From NCBI GenBank assembly GCA_905178155.1, contig CAJINV010000013.1:1512392-1576391 (forward strand): DNA of 64,000 bases, given 5' to 3'. Positions 22,100 to 33,300 of this stretch are shown here, piece by piece. A program made the position numbers and the translations under genes. This DNA comes from Amoebophrya sp. A120. Taxonomy: Eukaryota; Protista; Dinoflagellata. Under the pieces are notes generated by a model. It was given only the letters and a program-made list of their open reading frames with translations. It did not search any database and was not told the DNA's origin. How positions within the stretch are numbered: position 1 is the first letter of the stretch; each line of letters begins with the position of its first letter.

Positions 22100-23371
22100 T
22101 CACTGAGCCTTTTTGTTTTCCACCGCCGGTTCAGGTTCTACCTCTCGTTCTTCCCGCAGCACTGGAAAAAAACCTCCACGTATCCACTGCAGCCCTACTG
22201 CACGACGGGGCAACATCTTCAAAACAGCGGTCGTGTCCTGCTCGACCGCAGCATGCGTCTCCAACGTTCCATGCTTGTTTTCGTTTGTTCCACGAACCTT
22301 GTTTCCCCTTTCTGTTTCCAACGCACGTTCATCTCCAAGACGTCGAGCAGGTGCAGTTTCAGTTTGTGTTTGTTCAAAAGCAAAGTGATACGCTTCATTT
22401 CTCTTTTTCAGTTCCAGCGCGAGAACGCTCAGATTGAAACCGACGGCCACGAGCAAGTGCCATGCCCAGGCGTGGGTGTGGAACGGGCGCACGAACGGGC
22501 ACAGAGTCATCTCCAGGGACCAAAACACGATGGCAGTCACGTACGCACACAGCCCGGGCACGGCCAGCTGCCGGAATTGTGCTTTCCATGAAGGAGATGA
22601 ATCACTCGTTCTGTACCTTCGACAGAGCCACGCGCACCTTCCCAGGGCGTAAAATTCGATGGGCGTGAAGAGAAGGTGAAAGACGACAAACAGCTCAAAA
22701 GCGTCGTACAGGAGGTAGAGAAGAATTCCGGTCGCGATAAGGCTCGAGGCTAACTTCCGATTCCACAGTTGATTGATTTCATTCGTCTGACTTGAGGAGG
22801 ACACTAATGTGGCAGTTTTCTTGGCCGTCGTGATGGAATCACTTGTGCCTCCCCCTTGCTGATTACTTTGTCCTTCATAATGGGTAACGTCACCTCCATC
22901 ATGATGAGAAACTTTTACGTTATCCGAAGTAGACAGAATCGGTTTACATTCCAATGCGTAAACGCAGCTGAGGGCGCAGATGGCCATGGGCACTTCGTCC
23001 AGCTTTTGCCACCTGCGGTCCAGAAAAGCGTGCAGGCCGGCGGAGCCGATGCTCTGGACGCAGAACGCAGCGTAAGTCATCTTCGTGCTAATTGAAGTGC
23101 GAGTACTTGCGATAGTTCTTTGCGGGCCTGCCAAGCTCCGCTGTTCAATTTCCAACTTCTTCGTGCGCTCAAGGAAATCGAAATCACTTTTCGGCAACGC
23201 GAAAAAATAAAACGAGAGACCGAGCGCAAGCATGCCCAACGCGGAAACGGTGTTCCAAAACTCCGCCACATATTCCGTGTAGACGTAATTGGGCTCGCAA
23301 AAATCAATCAAGGCGGAATGCGGTTCCCAGTAGCCCCGCTGGCCACTAAAGTCCCGGTCGAGGTCGTTCAT
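22100..23371 (-). CDS. Alkaline ceramidase family (CREST superfamily) membrane protein
   Basis: N-terminal GYW...IDFCEPNYVYTEYVAEFWNTVS, GSAGLH (SxxxH), KLDEVPM, HAWAWH and several hydrophobic segments. Confidence 0.88.
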   Translation of the reverse strand: MNDLDRDFSGQRGYWEPHSALIDFCEPNYVYTEYVAEFWNTVSALGMLALGLSFYFFALPKSDFDFLERTKKLEIEQRSLAGPQRTIASTRTSISTKMTYAAFCVQSIGSAGLHAFLDRRWQKLDEVPMAICALSCVYALECKPILSTSDNVKVSHHDGGDVTHYEGQSNQQGGGTSDSITTAKKTATLVSSSSQTNEINQLWNRKLASSLIATGILLYLLYDAFELFVVFHLLFTPIEFYALGRCAWLCRRYRTSDSSPSWKAQFRQLAVPGLCAYVTAIVFWSLEMTLCPFVRPFHTHAWAWHLLVAVGFNLSVLALELKKRNEAYHFAFEQTQTETAPARRLGDERALETERGNKVRGTNENKHGTLETHAAVEQDTTAVLKMLPRRAVGLQWIRGGFFPVLREEREVEPEPAVENKKAQ

Positions 23372-24304
23372 GTTCTGTTAATGGGATAACAAGTTTCTTC
23401 ATCCATCAGACTGCACGGGGTAAGTAATCGTAGTCTGCTGAGGCTCGTCCAGAATCAAATATTGTACAACATAGACATACTGAAATGAACTTTGGCCCTG
23501 AAACGACATTCATGTAACTTGCTCTCAAAAAGATCACAAGCAGACGATGGTCAGAAGAATCTATCAGAAGCGGCCAGGTCTTTCTTCGTTACCGATGGGT
23601 GGTGCGCGCATGTGGTAAGGCTTACATGATCCCGTTGCAGATTTATCGTCGGATCCAGTTCCTTGGGAACAATTTGTACTGTTCGAACGACTTTGAACCT
23701 GTCACCTCTAGAGCGAAAGAAGAATTATGCGGCGAGCAAGAGTGTAAGAAAGTGTAACGAAACGAACCTCCGCAACCTGAATTTGAAAAGATTCTCCGAA
23801 CTACAGTTCGAGAGGTCGACGTGAACAGCAGACCCGGGTTGGCGCCTGGACCATCGTCTGGCGCCCTAGCGCGCTTGCCGGCGGGGTTATTTTCTTTGTT
23901 CCTGATGGTGTATGTCATGTGGGATAGAAAAATTTACCTTATGCTAGTCTTTGGCTACTTCCAGAAACGCTTGGAAGTTGGTAAGGGTGGTTGATACGTG
24001 TGGGTAGACAAAAGCAAAAGCGATGAGCGCAAGCTTCTTGGACTTGACGCAAATGAGAAAAAACCAAAGGCGGCGCCACAACGGCGTGCAATTGGAAGAT
24101 GAAGATGAAGAGAATTTGTATTTTGAATGGCATGAGATTAGAGGCCGCAAAAAAATAGACATAAGTGAGAGAGAAAGGAGTGGAAAGATGAACACGACAT
24201 CTATGTACTTAAGTACTCACAGAAGTACCTTCGCGCACCAGTGTAGAAAACTTCCTGGCGCGGTCCACCACAGTAGAAATTCGTTACATCAACTGTATAG
24301 CCCT

Positions 24305-27300
24305 CTATTCTTTCCGTCCTTCCGCATCCCCCGTGCGTTTTGCATCTAACAGCTCCTGCTCCCGCGCGAACTTCAAAAAGACCTGTTCCAACGTGGGCTC
24401 CCCAAACCCGTAGTCCTCGATGTACTTTTTCATGCTGTTTTCCAAGCACCAGCGAAACACGCTGGCGAGATGGGGCTTTTTCCCGCCCCCGCCGAGCGTA
24501 AAGATGAGGCGGACGCGAATGTCGCTAAACGGCACCTTCTCGAGCAGCCGGATATCCTCCCGGGCCAGCGACAGGTCCGCGCACTCGGCCAGCAGACTGT
24601 CGACCACGAAGCACTCGCAGTCCTCCATCGTCATGGTCGCTAGTGGTTTGCCCTTCGCGCTCGTTACCTTCCCGTGTTCGGACTTGGAAAGTTTCACCTG
24701 CTGGTCGAAGCTCAGAACCTCCACTTCCGCTCCACCTGCCGGCTTTGTTTCATTTTTCGCTTCATCAACATCCGCAGTCGGAGGTGCTAGTACTTCTCCT
24801 ATTGCAGTACTACTATCAGAAGCTGCTTCTGCCGCGGAGGTCCTCACATTTTTCGCGGCAGCGGCGGTTGAATTGCGCGAGCTCCGCTCACTGATTGCGT
24901 TGCTGTGCCCGGATTCGTCGAGATGCAGCACTGGGTCGACGGTGGCCACTTGGACCGACTCGATGCCCACATTCAGGAAGGTCTTGTCGTCCGCCGCGTC
25001 AGAGTCCCTCGACTTTCGATTTCCGCTTTTCAAGAAGGACGCGTTCGTGACTTGCAGGGGAGTCAGACTCGCAGTCCCCATCGAAGACAGGAGCCCGGAC
25101 TGCTGGGACTGCAGCTTCATACTACCTGTTTCGGCGACGTCGTTGCCTTCCTCTAATACCGGACTGGGCCGCAATAGGCTTTCCAGCTCGTCCATCGGGT
25201 CTATCTCCTCCGCTTCGGCTTGTAGTTCCCCCTGCTGCACCTGTGATTCGCCTTCTGGTCGGTGTCCTGGTCCAGCGGCTTTTTTACCGCCCATGGTACT
25301 AGCTGTTGTGCCGACATTCGACCCCACACTGGATGTCGTGCTCTTCAACAGCTTACTATTTCCGCTCGCTGCGAGCTCGCGCGCCGCGGCGTCGATGGCG
25401 TTGTGCGCCGCGATCTCGCCGGCGCTGAGTTGTTCGGTGGTGCGCGTTCCGGGCTCCTTGTGTGCGACCTGCGCGAGCACCTGAGGATAGTCAGCCACCT
25501 GTTCGGTCGTCCGCGTCCCCGGTTCGTGGTGCTGCGCCGCGAGGAGGTGGTGGTGTGAAGAAACTTGTTCTGGGTACAACTGGCTCTTCTTCGACACACG
25601 AGTTCCAGATGTTGATGGTTTTTTACCAGCATTTGCTACCTCGTCCCCTGGGGCTGCTGGAAAGATCCTCGCGGCCGCAGCTGTGCCGCCGCTCAAGTCG
25701 AGGATGAGTTCCAGGTGGTAGCCGTCCCCATACAGGGACTTGATGCGGCTGGTGGACCCCAAGCACTTCAGCCTGCCGCCGACCAGAATGCCGATCCGCT
25801 CGGACGTGGCATCGGCCTCCATCATAGAATGCGTGGTGGATATCAAGTGCAAAAGTGTCTGGGTCTGGAAGAATGCAAGTTTGTCATGCTTGTCTCACAT
25901 GACTCTAAAATTTGTCACGCATATTACCCAAGAGCCCCATTTTTCTGCCATGCAGAAACGCAGCTTGTCATGCAGAATAGGCAACACCTAGAAGCTCAGA
26001 AACTTGTCATGCTGAGCCAGCACTTGTGGCCTCCTCACGATACGCCACCCAGCATCACAAGTTTTCAGACCCAGACATTTTTGCCCTTGATAGTGGAAAT
26101 GATCGTCTGATTCTTCGGCCGATTGATCAGCTTGTCCCACAAGCTCCGCTGCGCCACAATGTCCACGCCCGCCGACATCTCGTCCAGAAAGACGATCGAT
26201 GGGTCGGTGATCATGGTCATCGCCACGGAGAGCTTGCGTTTCATCCCGCCACTGTACTCCTCGGCCGGCCGGTCGGCGTCCTTCTCCGACAAGGACACTT
26301 CGCGCAGGAGCCGCGAAATCCTCGCTTCGCCGAAGTCGTGCAAGGGCGACACTTGCTTCCACAAAGGATTCGACGACGTTCGTCCTTGGTCTACATTATT
26401 TTCCACGGAGGAATTTTTCTCCTGCTCTCCCTTTATTTGGTCGCCGTGGTTCTCTTTCTTGTTTTCGACAGGAGTTCTTACGAGATGATCTTCTTTCGCT
26501 GGCGGGTAGTAGAAGCCCGTGCATTTGGCAAACAGCCGCAGATGCGCGCGGCCGGACACGTGCGGCCAGAGCTTGTCGAATTGCGGCGCCAGGCCCGTGA
26601 CTTGGTTGGCGCTCGCGAACCCGTCGGTGCTCGTGTCCTTGCGCAGGATTGAGATGGTCCCCAGGTCCGCCCCGCCGATGTCGTCGTTGCCCGAGATCAA
26701 ACTGAACAGCGTGGTTTTCCCCGCGCCGTTGGGGCCGAGCAGCCCGAAGCACTCGCCCTCCTTCACGCGCAATGTGACACCGTTGGTGGCCCAGTTCAGC
26801 TTGCTCGAGGTTTGGTCCCGAAACTGCTTGTACACGCTGGTGACGTCTAGCGCAAAATCCTCGCTGTCCCGCTCCTGTTTCGTCATCTTTTCCTCTGCGA
26901 CCACGTCCTGGTCGCGTTGCGCGTCCGGCTCCTGGGGCGGCACCTTTTCCCCGCAGGCCCGTTCCAGCTCGGCGACCGATTGGTACTGCAAGCCCACCAT
27001 TTTGTTGGGCAGATACCAGAGCTCGTAAAGCAGAAAGAGCAGGGAGTAAAAGACCAAACAGTACAACGGCTGCAAAACCTCCGCGTGCAGCACCGTCGCG
27101 AAGTATGGGGCGCCGCACTGGGCCGGGTGATCCGAAAGTGGCGTTTCGTGCACCAGCTCCTCCAGTGTTGGTTTGTAACTTTCGCTTTGCAGCTTCTCGA
27201 AAACCTGCACCGGCTCTTCCCAAAACGCGGGATTTACAGACAATAAACGAACGTTCTCCGGGAGAACCCCGAAGAGGTAGAAGCTGAGCCCAAAACTGGT

Positions 27301-30300
27301 CGAGGAGGTGGACAACTGCTGTTCTTGACCGGCCGTGCCGTTCGGGTAGAGGATGTCCAGCAAAGTTGCCATCTCGAACCCGACCTGGTTCAGCATGAAC
27401 TCAAACGCGCCCCAGATCGCGTAGATCGCGTCCTTGGTCTGCCGCTCGTTGATGGTCACGGTTTGGTCCAGGCCCCAGAGCTTCTGCAGCCCCAAAACCG
27501 AGTTCTCGAAGGCCACATTGGGGAACAAAATCCCCAGGAACAGGAAGAACAGCGGCCAACTGGTCGGAAACCCGAACTTCGTGGCCTGGTCCGGCAGTCC
27601 GGAGCCACTGGTGTACTGATTGCTGAAAGTGGTGCACAGCGCCGCCTGCGATTTCCGAAACTCCTCGCCGCCCTCCAGCCGGTCCGCCAGCGAGGCAAGG
27701 GAGAAGGTGTCAGTCAACACGCCCTCGAGCACTTGCTTCAGAAATCCGGCCTGGAACACCATCATTTGGTAGAAAATCAGAAACCCCGGACTGCAGGTCG
27801 ACGCGAGGTAGAGCGGGACGAGAACGGTGGAGATGACTGTCGGGATTAGGGCGTGAAAAACGAACGCCAGGATGATGCCCGTATTGGCGGCGTACACCGC
27901 ATCGATCAGTGTCCAGAACGAGACGGCCAAGGCTACGTAGCACGGACCCGTCAGGGTGCAGAGAAAGTACAGCGCCGAGCCAGCGTGGTAGGCGCTCCGC
28001 TTCACGCCGTGCATGGACAAGTGGCGGGCGAGCCCGAGCTGTTTCTCCGGGCTGTACGCATTCTTCGCCATGTTGAATCCGAAGAACAGGAACGCGAAAG
28101 GGAGGAGAATCCCTCCGGCAAAATTGAGAACCATTCCAAAGGTGGACTGCTTCGGTTTCAGTGGTGGGAGAAGGTCAACATCTTCACCGGCGTCGCTGCT
28201 ACTACTACTGTCGTCCTCATCGACCATAAACTTGAGCAGCCCTGCGAATGTGTACCAGAAGCCGAGAAACAGCACGGCGGACAGATAGCCGCCGAGATTC
28301 CGCGCACTCTCCTCGCGCAGCCGAAACTGGAAAATCGCCCTGGTTTGCGGCCAGAAGTTCAGTTGCCGGGGCAGCAGGGGCTGCCGGGAGATTTCCTTGT
28401 CTTTCTCCCGTTCCCGGCGGGCGGCTTCCAGTTGGTTGCGCTCTTCCACGGAGAGATTCTCCAGCTCGCCCTTCTCCCCCGCGAGCGAAAACACCTCCTC
28501 CATGGTGGTCTGCTCCACCGTGAACGTGACCGCGCTTTCGTGGCCACCCGCCGCCTATCAAGTGCAAAAATGTCTGGGTCTGGAACATTCTAAACTTGTG
28601 TCTGTGGATTCTGAAAAAATTTGTCTTGCATGACCTTCTTTACCCCTCAACCACTGTACCCCCTTTACGATCGCTGCCTCTGGGCAGGACCTCGGGGGGA
28701 TAGGGCACTAATCATAATTTGTCTTGCATGACCAGCAAGAGGACTCCAGTTTGTGCTACGCGGAGAGGGCATTTCTAATGCGGTAGAGGTATCACAAAGC
28801 GCTCCAAAAATCTGTGATGCTACGGCATGCATCACAGACATCACGGGTCATGGCAAATATGCATGACAAATCTAGAAATCTTTCAGACCCAGACATTTTT
28901 ACATTTGATACCGCCGCCGCCTTCGCCAACGCCTCGAGCACCGCGGGCATTTTCGGGGCCTGGGCCCAGGGGATGGAGTAGGCCAGGAAGAAGGCGCTCA
29001 TCTTCTCGTTCTTGGTCTTCACCTCTGTTTTTATTTCGGCTGCTTCTAGCGCGTTCTGGATCACGGGGACGAACCCCTGCAGGATACTTTTCGCGGTTTC
29101 GCTGTCCTTTACCTGCGTCTTGTCGACCATCCCGAGCACCCAGTACCCGCAGCCCCACTGCCGCTTCAACTCGGGGCTCGTGCCCAGTGCCATCACCCGG
29201 CCGGCGGCCAGGATGAGTTTCCGCTCCGCGAGCAGGTCCGCCTCCTCTAGGTAGTGGGTGGAAAACACGATGGCGCGGTTCTCCTCCTTCGCGATCTTCT
29301 TCAGCAGCACCCAGAAATCCCGTCGGGCCTGCGGGTCCATGCCGGACGTGGCCTCGTCCAGCAGCACCAGCGGCGCGGACCCCAGCAGCGCACACATCAC
29401 CCACAGCCGCCGCTTCTGCCCGCCCGACAGCTTCTCGCAGTTCGTGTTCAGCTTCTTGTCCAGGCCCAGCATCGTCGCGTACTTCGCCAGCGTCCTCTGC
29501 GTCTGCGCGGGCGGGAGGTTCCGCAGCGCGGCGAAGAACTCCACGTGCTGCCGCAGCGTGTAGGCGTCCCACATGGGGTTCACCTGCGGACAGAAGGCGA
29601 TGCGCTGCCGCACCGCGGCCACGTCCGCCTTCACCGATTTGCCATCCACGACAATGTCGCCGGAGGTCGTGGGGATCAGGCACGTGATTTGGCTCTATCC
29701 TGAGTAAAAACGTCCCCACACCAGAGTCAAGATGGGAAATCTGCTAGACAAATGAGCCAGCTTTGGTTGTTTCGCATGACAAGTTTGTCCTCGTAGTGTA
29801 ATCCTGTTTAGGTACTTCAGAAGCATCACAGATCTAGCATATCATGCTGATTGTAGCATCACAAAATCCGAAACACAGCCGGAAAATGGTTCTCATGTGG
29901 CTCCGCATGACAAACTTTTTTGGCATGCAGATTTGCATGACAACTCTGGGGTGGGGACGTTTTTGCACAGGATAGGCTCAGCATGGTCGTCTTCCCGGCG
30001 CCGTTGTGTATCAAATGTAAAAATGTCTGGGTCTGGAAGGTCGGAACTTGTAATGCGTATTTCAGAACGCAGAAAAGTCTCTCATGCATACGTAGCAAAA
30101 GCTGCCCACCTTCTGTCAGCAAAATAGGCAATTTGTCATGCGGATTCGGCATTGCGGAAGCTTCTCGAAACCTGTGATGCTAGAGCTTTCATGCCAGACC
30201 TTCTGTGTCATGCAAAAACAGCATGACTTTTCATCCAGACCCAGACATTTTTACATTTGATATTGTGGCCGAGCAGACCAAAGATTTCGCCCCGCTTCAC

Positions 30301-33300
30301 GGAATACGTCACGTCGTTGTTCGCGATCTTTCTTCCCCGGTCGAACGTCTTCACCAAGTTCCGGACCTCCAGTGCGGCCGGAAGTTCTTGAAGATGATCC
30401 TGATGTACAAGGACGTCCTTCTGATTTTCATCCTTTATCATTTTTCCGTTGTTTTGCATTTGCATTTGCATTTGCTTTGCCTTTGCCTCCTCCTGCGCAG
30501 CAGCAGCATCAGCAGCAGCGCGTCCTGTTCCCGCCGCCAACTTCTTCCCGTCGCCGGATTCCTGTTTTTCCCGTCGTTTTTCACACACATAGAGGAGGCA
30601 AAAAGCGAAGACCAAGTTCAAGAACACGGCCACGTAATCGATCAAAACCACTTTCCAGTACTCAGTCCCCAAGGTTTCCGCCAAGTCCGCCGCCCCCGCG
30701 CGGTTCGCCGCGCGGAGCAAGGCGTGGCCGTTCTCATAGTTCCACGCGCCGGCCTTCAGCTTCGCGGCGGTGCGAAACAGGTAGAAACTCGGCTGCGAGT
30801 CGTCGGGAAGTACTAGGTACCGCAAGGACGTCGATGCTGCTCCGGGCGCTTCCTTCTGCAGGTCGATCCACTCCGCGGGAGGGAAGGGGGTGTTGTCCCG
30901 GGCGCAGTAGTAGGCGGAACTGGCCTGCAGCTGCGGGGTGCCGAACGCCTCCGGGAAGGGGATGACGTTGAACAAGCTGTCGCCGAGCCGCCCGTCCACG
31001 GCCTTCACTTTCTCCGCCAAGCTTGCCTGCTCGAAGAAGCCGCTGGCCGCGCTCGAGTGGCGCATGATATCCCGCGAAAAAAGTGTTACAGTTACACATT
31101 TGTAGTCAATTCAGCAACACAAATTTCTCTGCCTGAGAGAGAAAACTTGTAATGCAGAAATCCTACGGGAAAACACCTATGAAACGAGGCTTCTATGCGT
31201 ATCCGGCATGGCAGAGCTTGTCTGCCTTGCTTGGCCTGCAACACAATGTGTAACTGTAACACTTTTTTCTTGCGATACATGAAGGTGAGGATGTAGTACA
31301 GCTCGTACCGCCGCATCAAAATCTTCATGGCCGAAAACCCCGGGACCAGCACCCCGACCACGCCCGAGTATCCTGAGTAAAAACGTACCCACACCAGAGT
31401 CAGGATGGGGAATCTGCTAGACAAATCAGCCAGCTTTGGTTGTTTGGCATGACAAGTTTGTCCGCGTAGTGTAGTGCTGTTTGAGCTAGTTTAGCAGCAT
31501 TACAGATCTAGTATCTCGTGCTGATTGGAGCATGACAAATTTCAGAACCGCACTAGAAAATGCTTCTCATGGGGCTCCGCATGAGAAACATTTTAAGCAT
31601 GCAGAGTTGCATTACAACTCTGGTGTGGGTACGTTTTTACTCAGGATACCGAGACGGCCAGGTTCACGGTGGCGAGGTCGTAGTTCGGGCAGTTGACGTG
31701 GTCCGCGCGCAGCGCCGCCCGCTCGGCCGGACCCGAGAAGGCCGGGTCCCCGTGCCACTGCGGCGTCCCGCGGTTGCTGAACATGGCCTCGATCCCCTGC
31801 GCCCAGAACGACAGCCGGGTGGGCAAAAACATCTCGCACACGATGTACACCGCGACCAGGAGAAGATTTACCAGTCCGGTAAAGAAGCCCAACATGCCCT
31901 CGAACTGCTCGCGCTTCTCGCACAACACGGTAAACGCGCTCGCGTACAGCATGATGGACAGCGTCACGGCGAAGGGCGCGAGCAGAATCCACAACGCCTC
32001 CGCGCGGGCGTGAAACGGGCCGTACAGCTCGTTCTGCGGCGTGAGGCCCGCGTACACGCTCGCGTCAAAGTACCACAGGAGCGCGTAGAGCCAGAAGAAC
32101 AGGACGTAGAAAAAAGAGATGTTCGCCAGCCAGTAGGTCCTTTTCGGAAGGCCGTAGATCAGCTGCATGTCCATCATCTTGGTTTCCCGCTCCAGAAAGG
32201 CTGCGTTGCCGAAGATGTTGTACACGAAGCTGAGCGGGATGAGGCCGGATACCCAGAACCCAAACAACGCGGACAAAACCAGGACGAGAAACAGGAAGGC
32301 CGCCTTTGGCGCGCCATCGGTTTCCCAGTGGAGCTTCGTGTCTCTTTCCTCCAGTGGGAGCGCGTACCCCTTTGCTGGATCCTCGTTCATCGTGTAGGGC
32401 TTCCCGGCGCCTGGGGTAGCCAGCACTTCCTCGGCGGCAAAGGGGTTCTGGTGCAGCTCCGTGAGAGGCCGGGTCATCAGTCCGTTGTCGGGGATGGCAC
32501 CGTTCTCCGCCTCTTCGACATAAAAAGACGTCATCCAGCCGAGCCGCGCCAGCACGACGCGGTCCATTTGCGCGACAAACGGCTGCAGAAGGCCAGCGGT
32601 TTCAGTAGAGTTTGAGTTGCTTGCTCTTCTTGAGGAAGCTGCAGTCGTTCCTTCACGTGTAGTAGTACCTTCTTTATTGACGAGGTGTTGTTCATAATGT
32701 CTGTACGAAGTGGAAGTTTCACGACCGCGACGTGTCGTGCTGTGGGACGCGACGTCGAGGGTTTGTTGCTCGCTTTGATGCTGTTGCTCCCCCGTCCTCG
32801 CAGTTATTTTTGAGTAAGTTTTCTGGTGCAACAACTTTGTTGCCCGCTTCGCAGCCTTCTCCTGCGAAGAAACTTTGCTTTGTAGCTGCAACAGCGCCGT
32901 CGCTTTTGGAGATGTTGTTGAGGGTGGTGAACTTCTTGAAATAACCGGCGAAGTGGAAGTAGACACGACATCAAGGTCCTCCGTGGATTGTCCAAGGAGA
33001 AAGCTCACACCCTCGAGGAAAACAAGCTCGTCGTCCGGGTCCTGATTTACTGCGTCATCTTCAGTAGCACTAACGTCTGAGCTGTGCCGCGATGCTTGTA
33101 CTTCCTCGTCTTGTACTAGTTCTTGCACCAAAGGAAGATCGTTTATTTTTCCCCGTATTATTTGTGATCCACCACTCTGCACGACACGAGGGGGCAATAA
33201 CTCCCCGTGCTGGATATGATCCCCTTGTGCTCGTTCACGTCCTGCTCCTGCTACTCGACCAGCACGTTGTTCACTGATAATATCCGGGTTCTTTTCCACA

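Noticed and set aside
20658-26110. Recurrent peptides [41 protein letters not shown] as a protein family
   Set aside because: They are translations of family B TIR and internal sequence, not genes.
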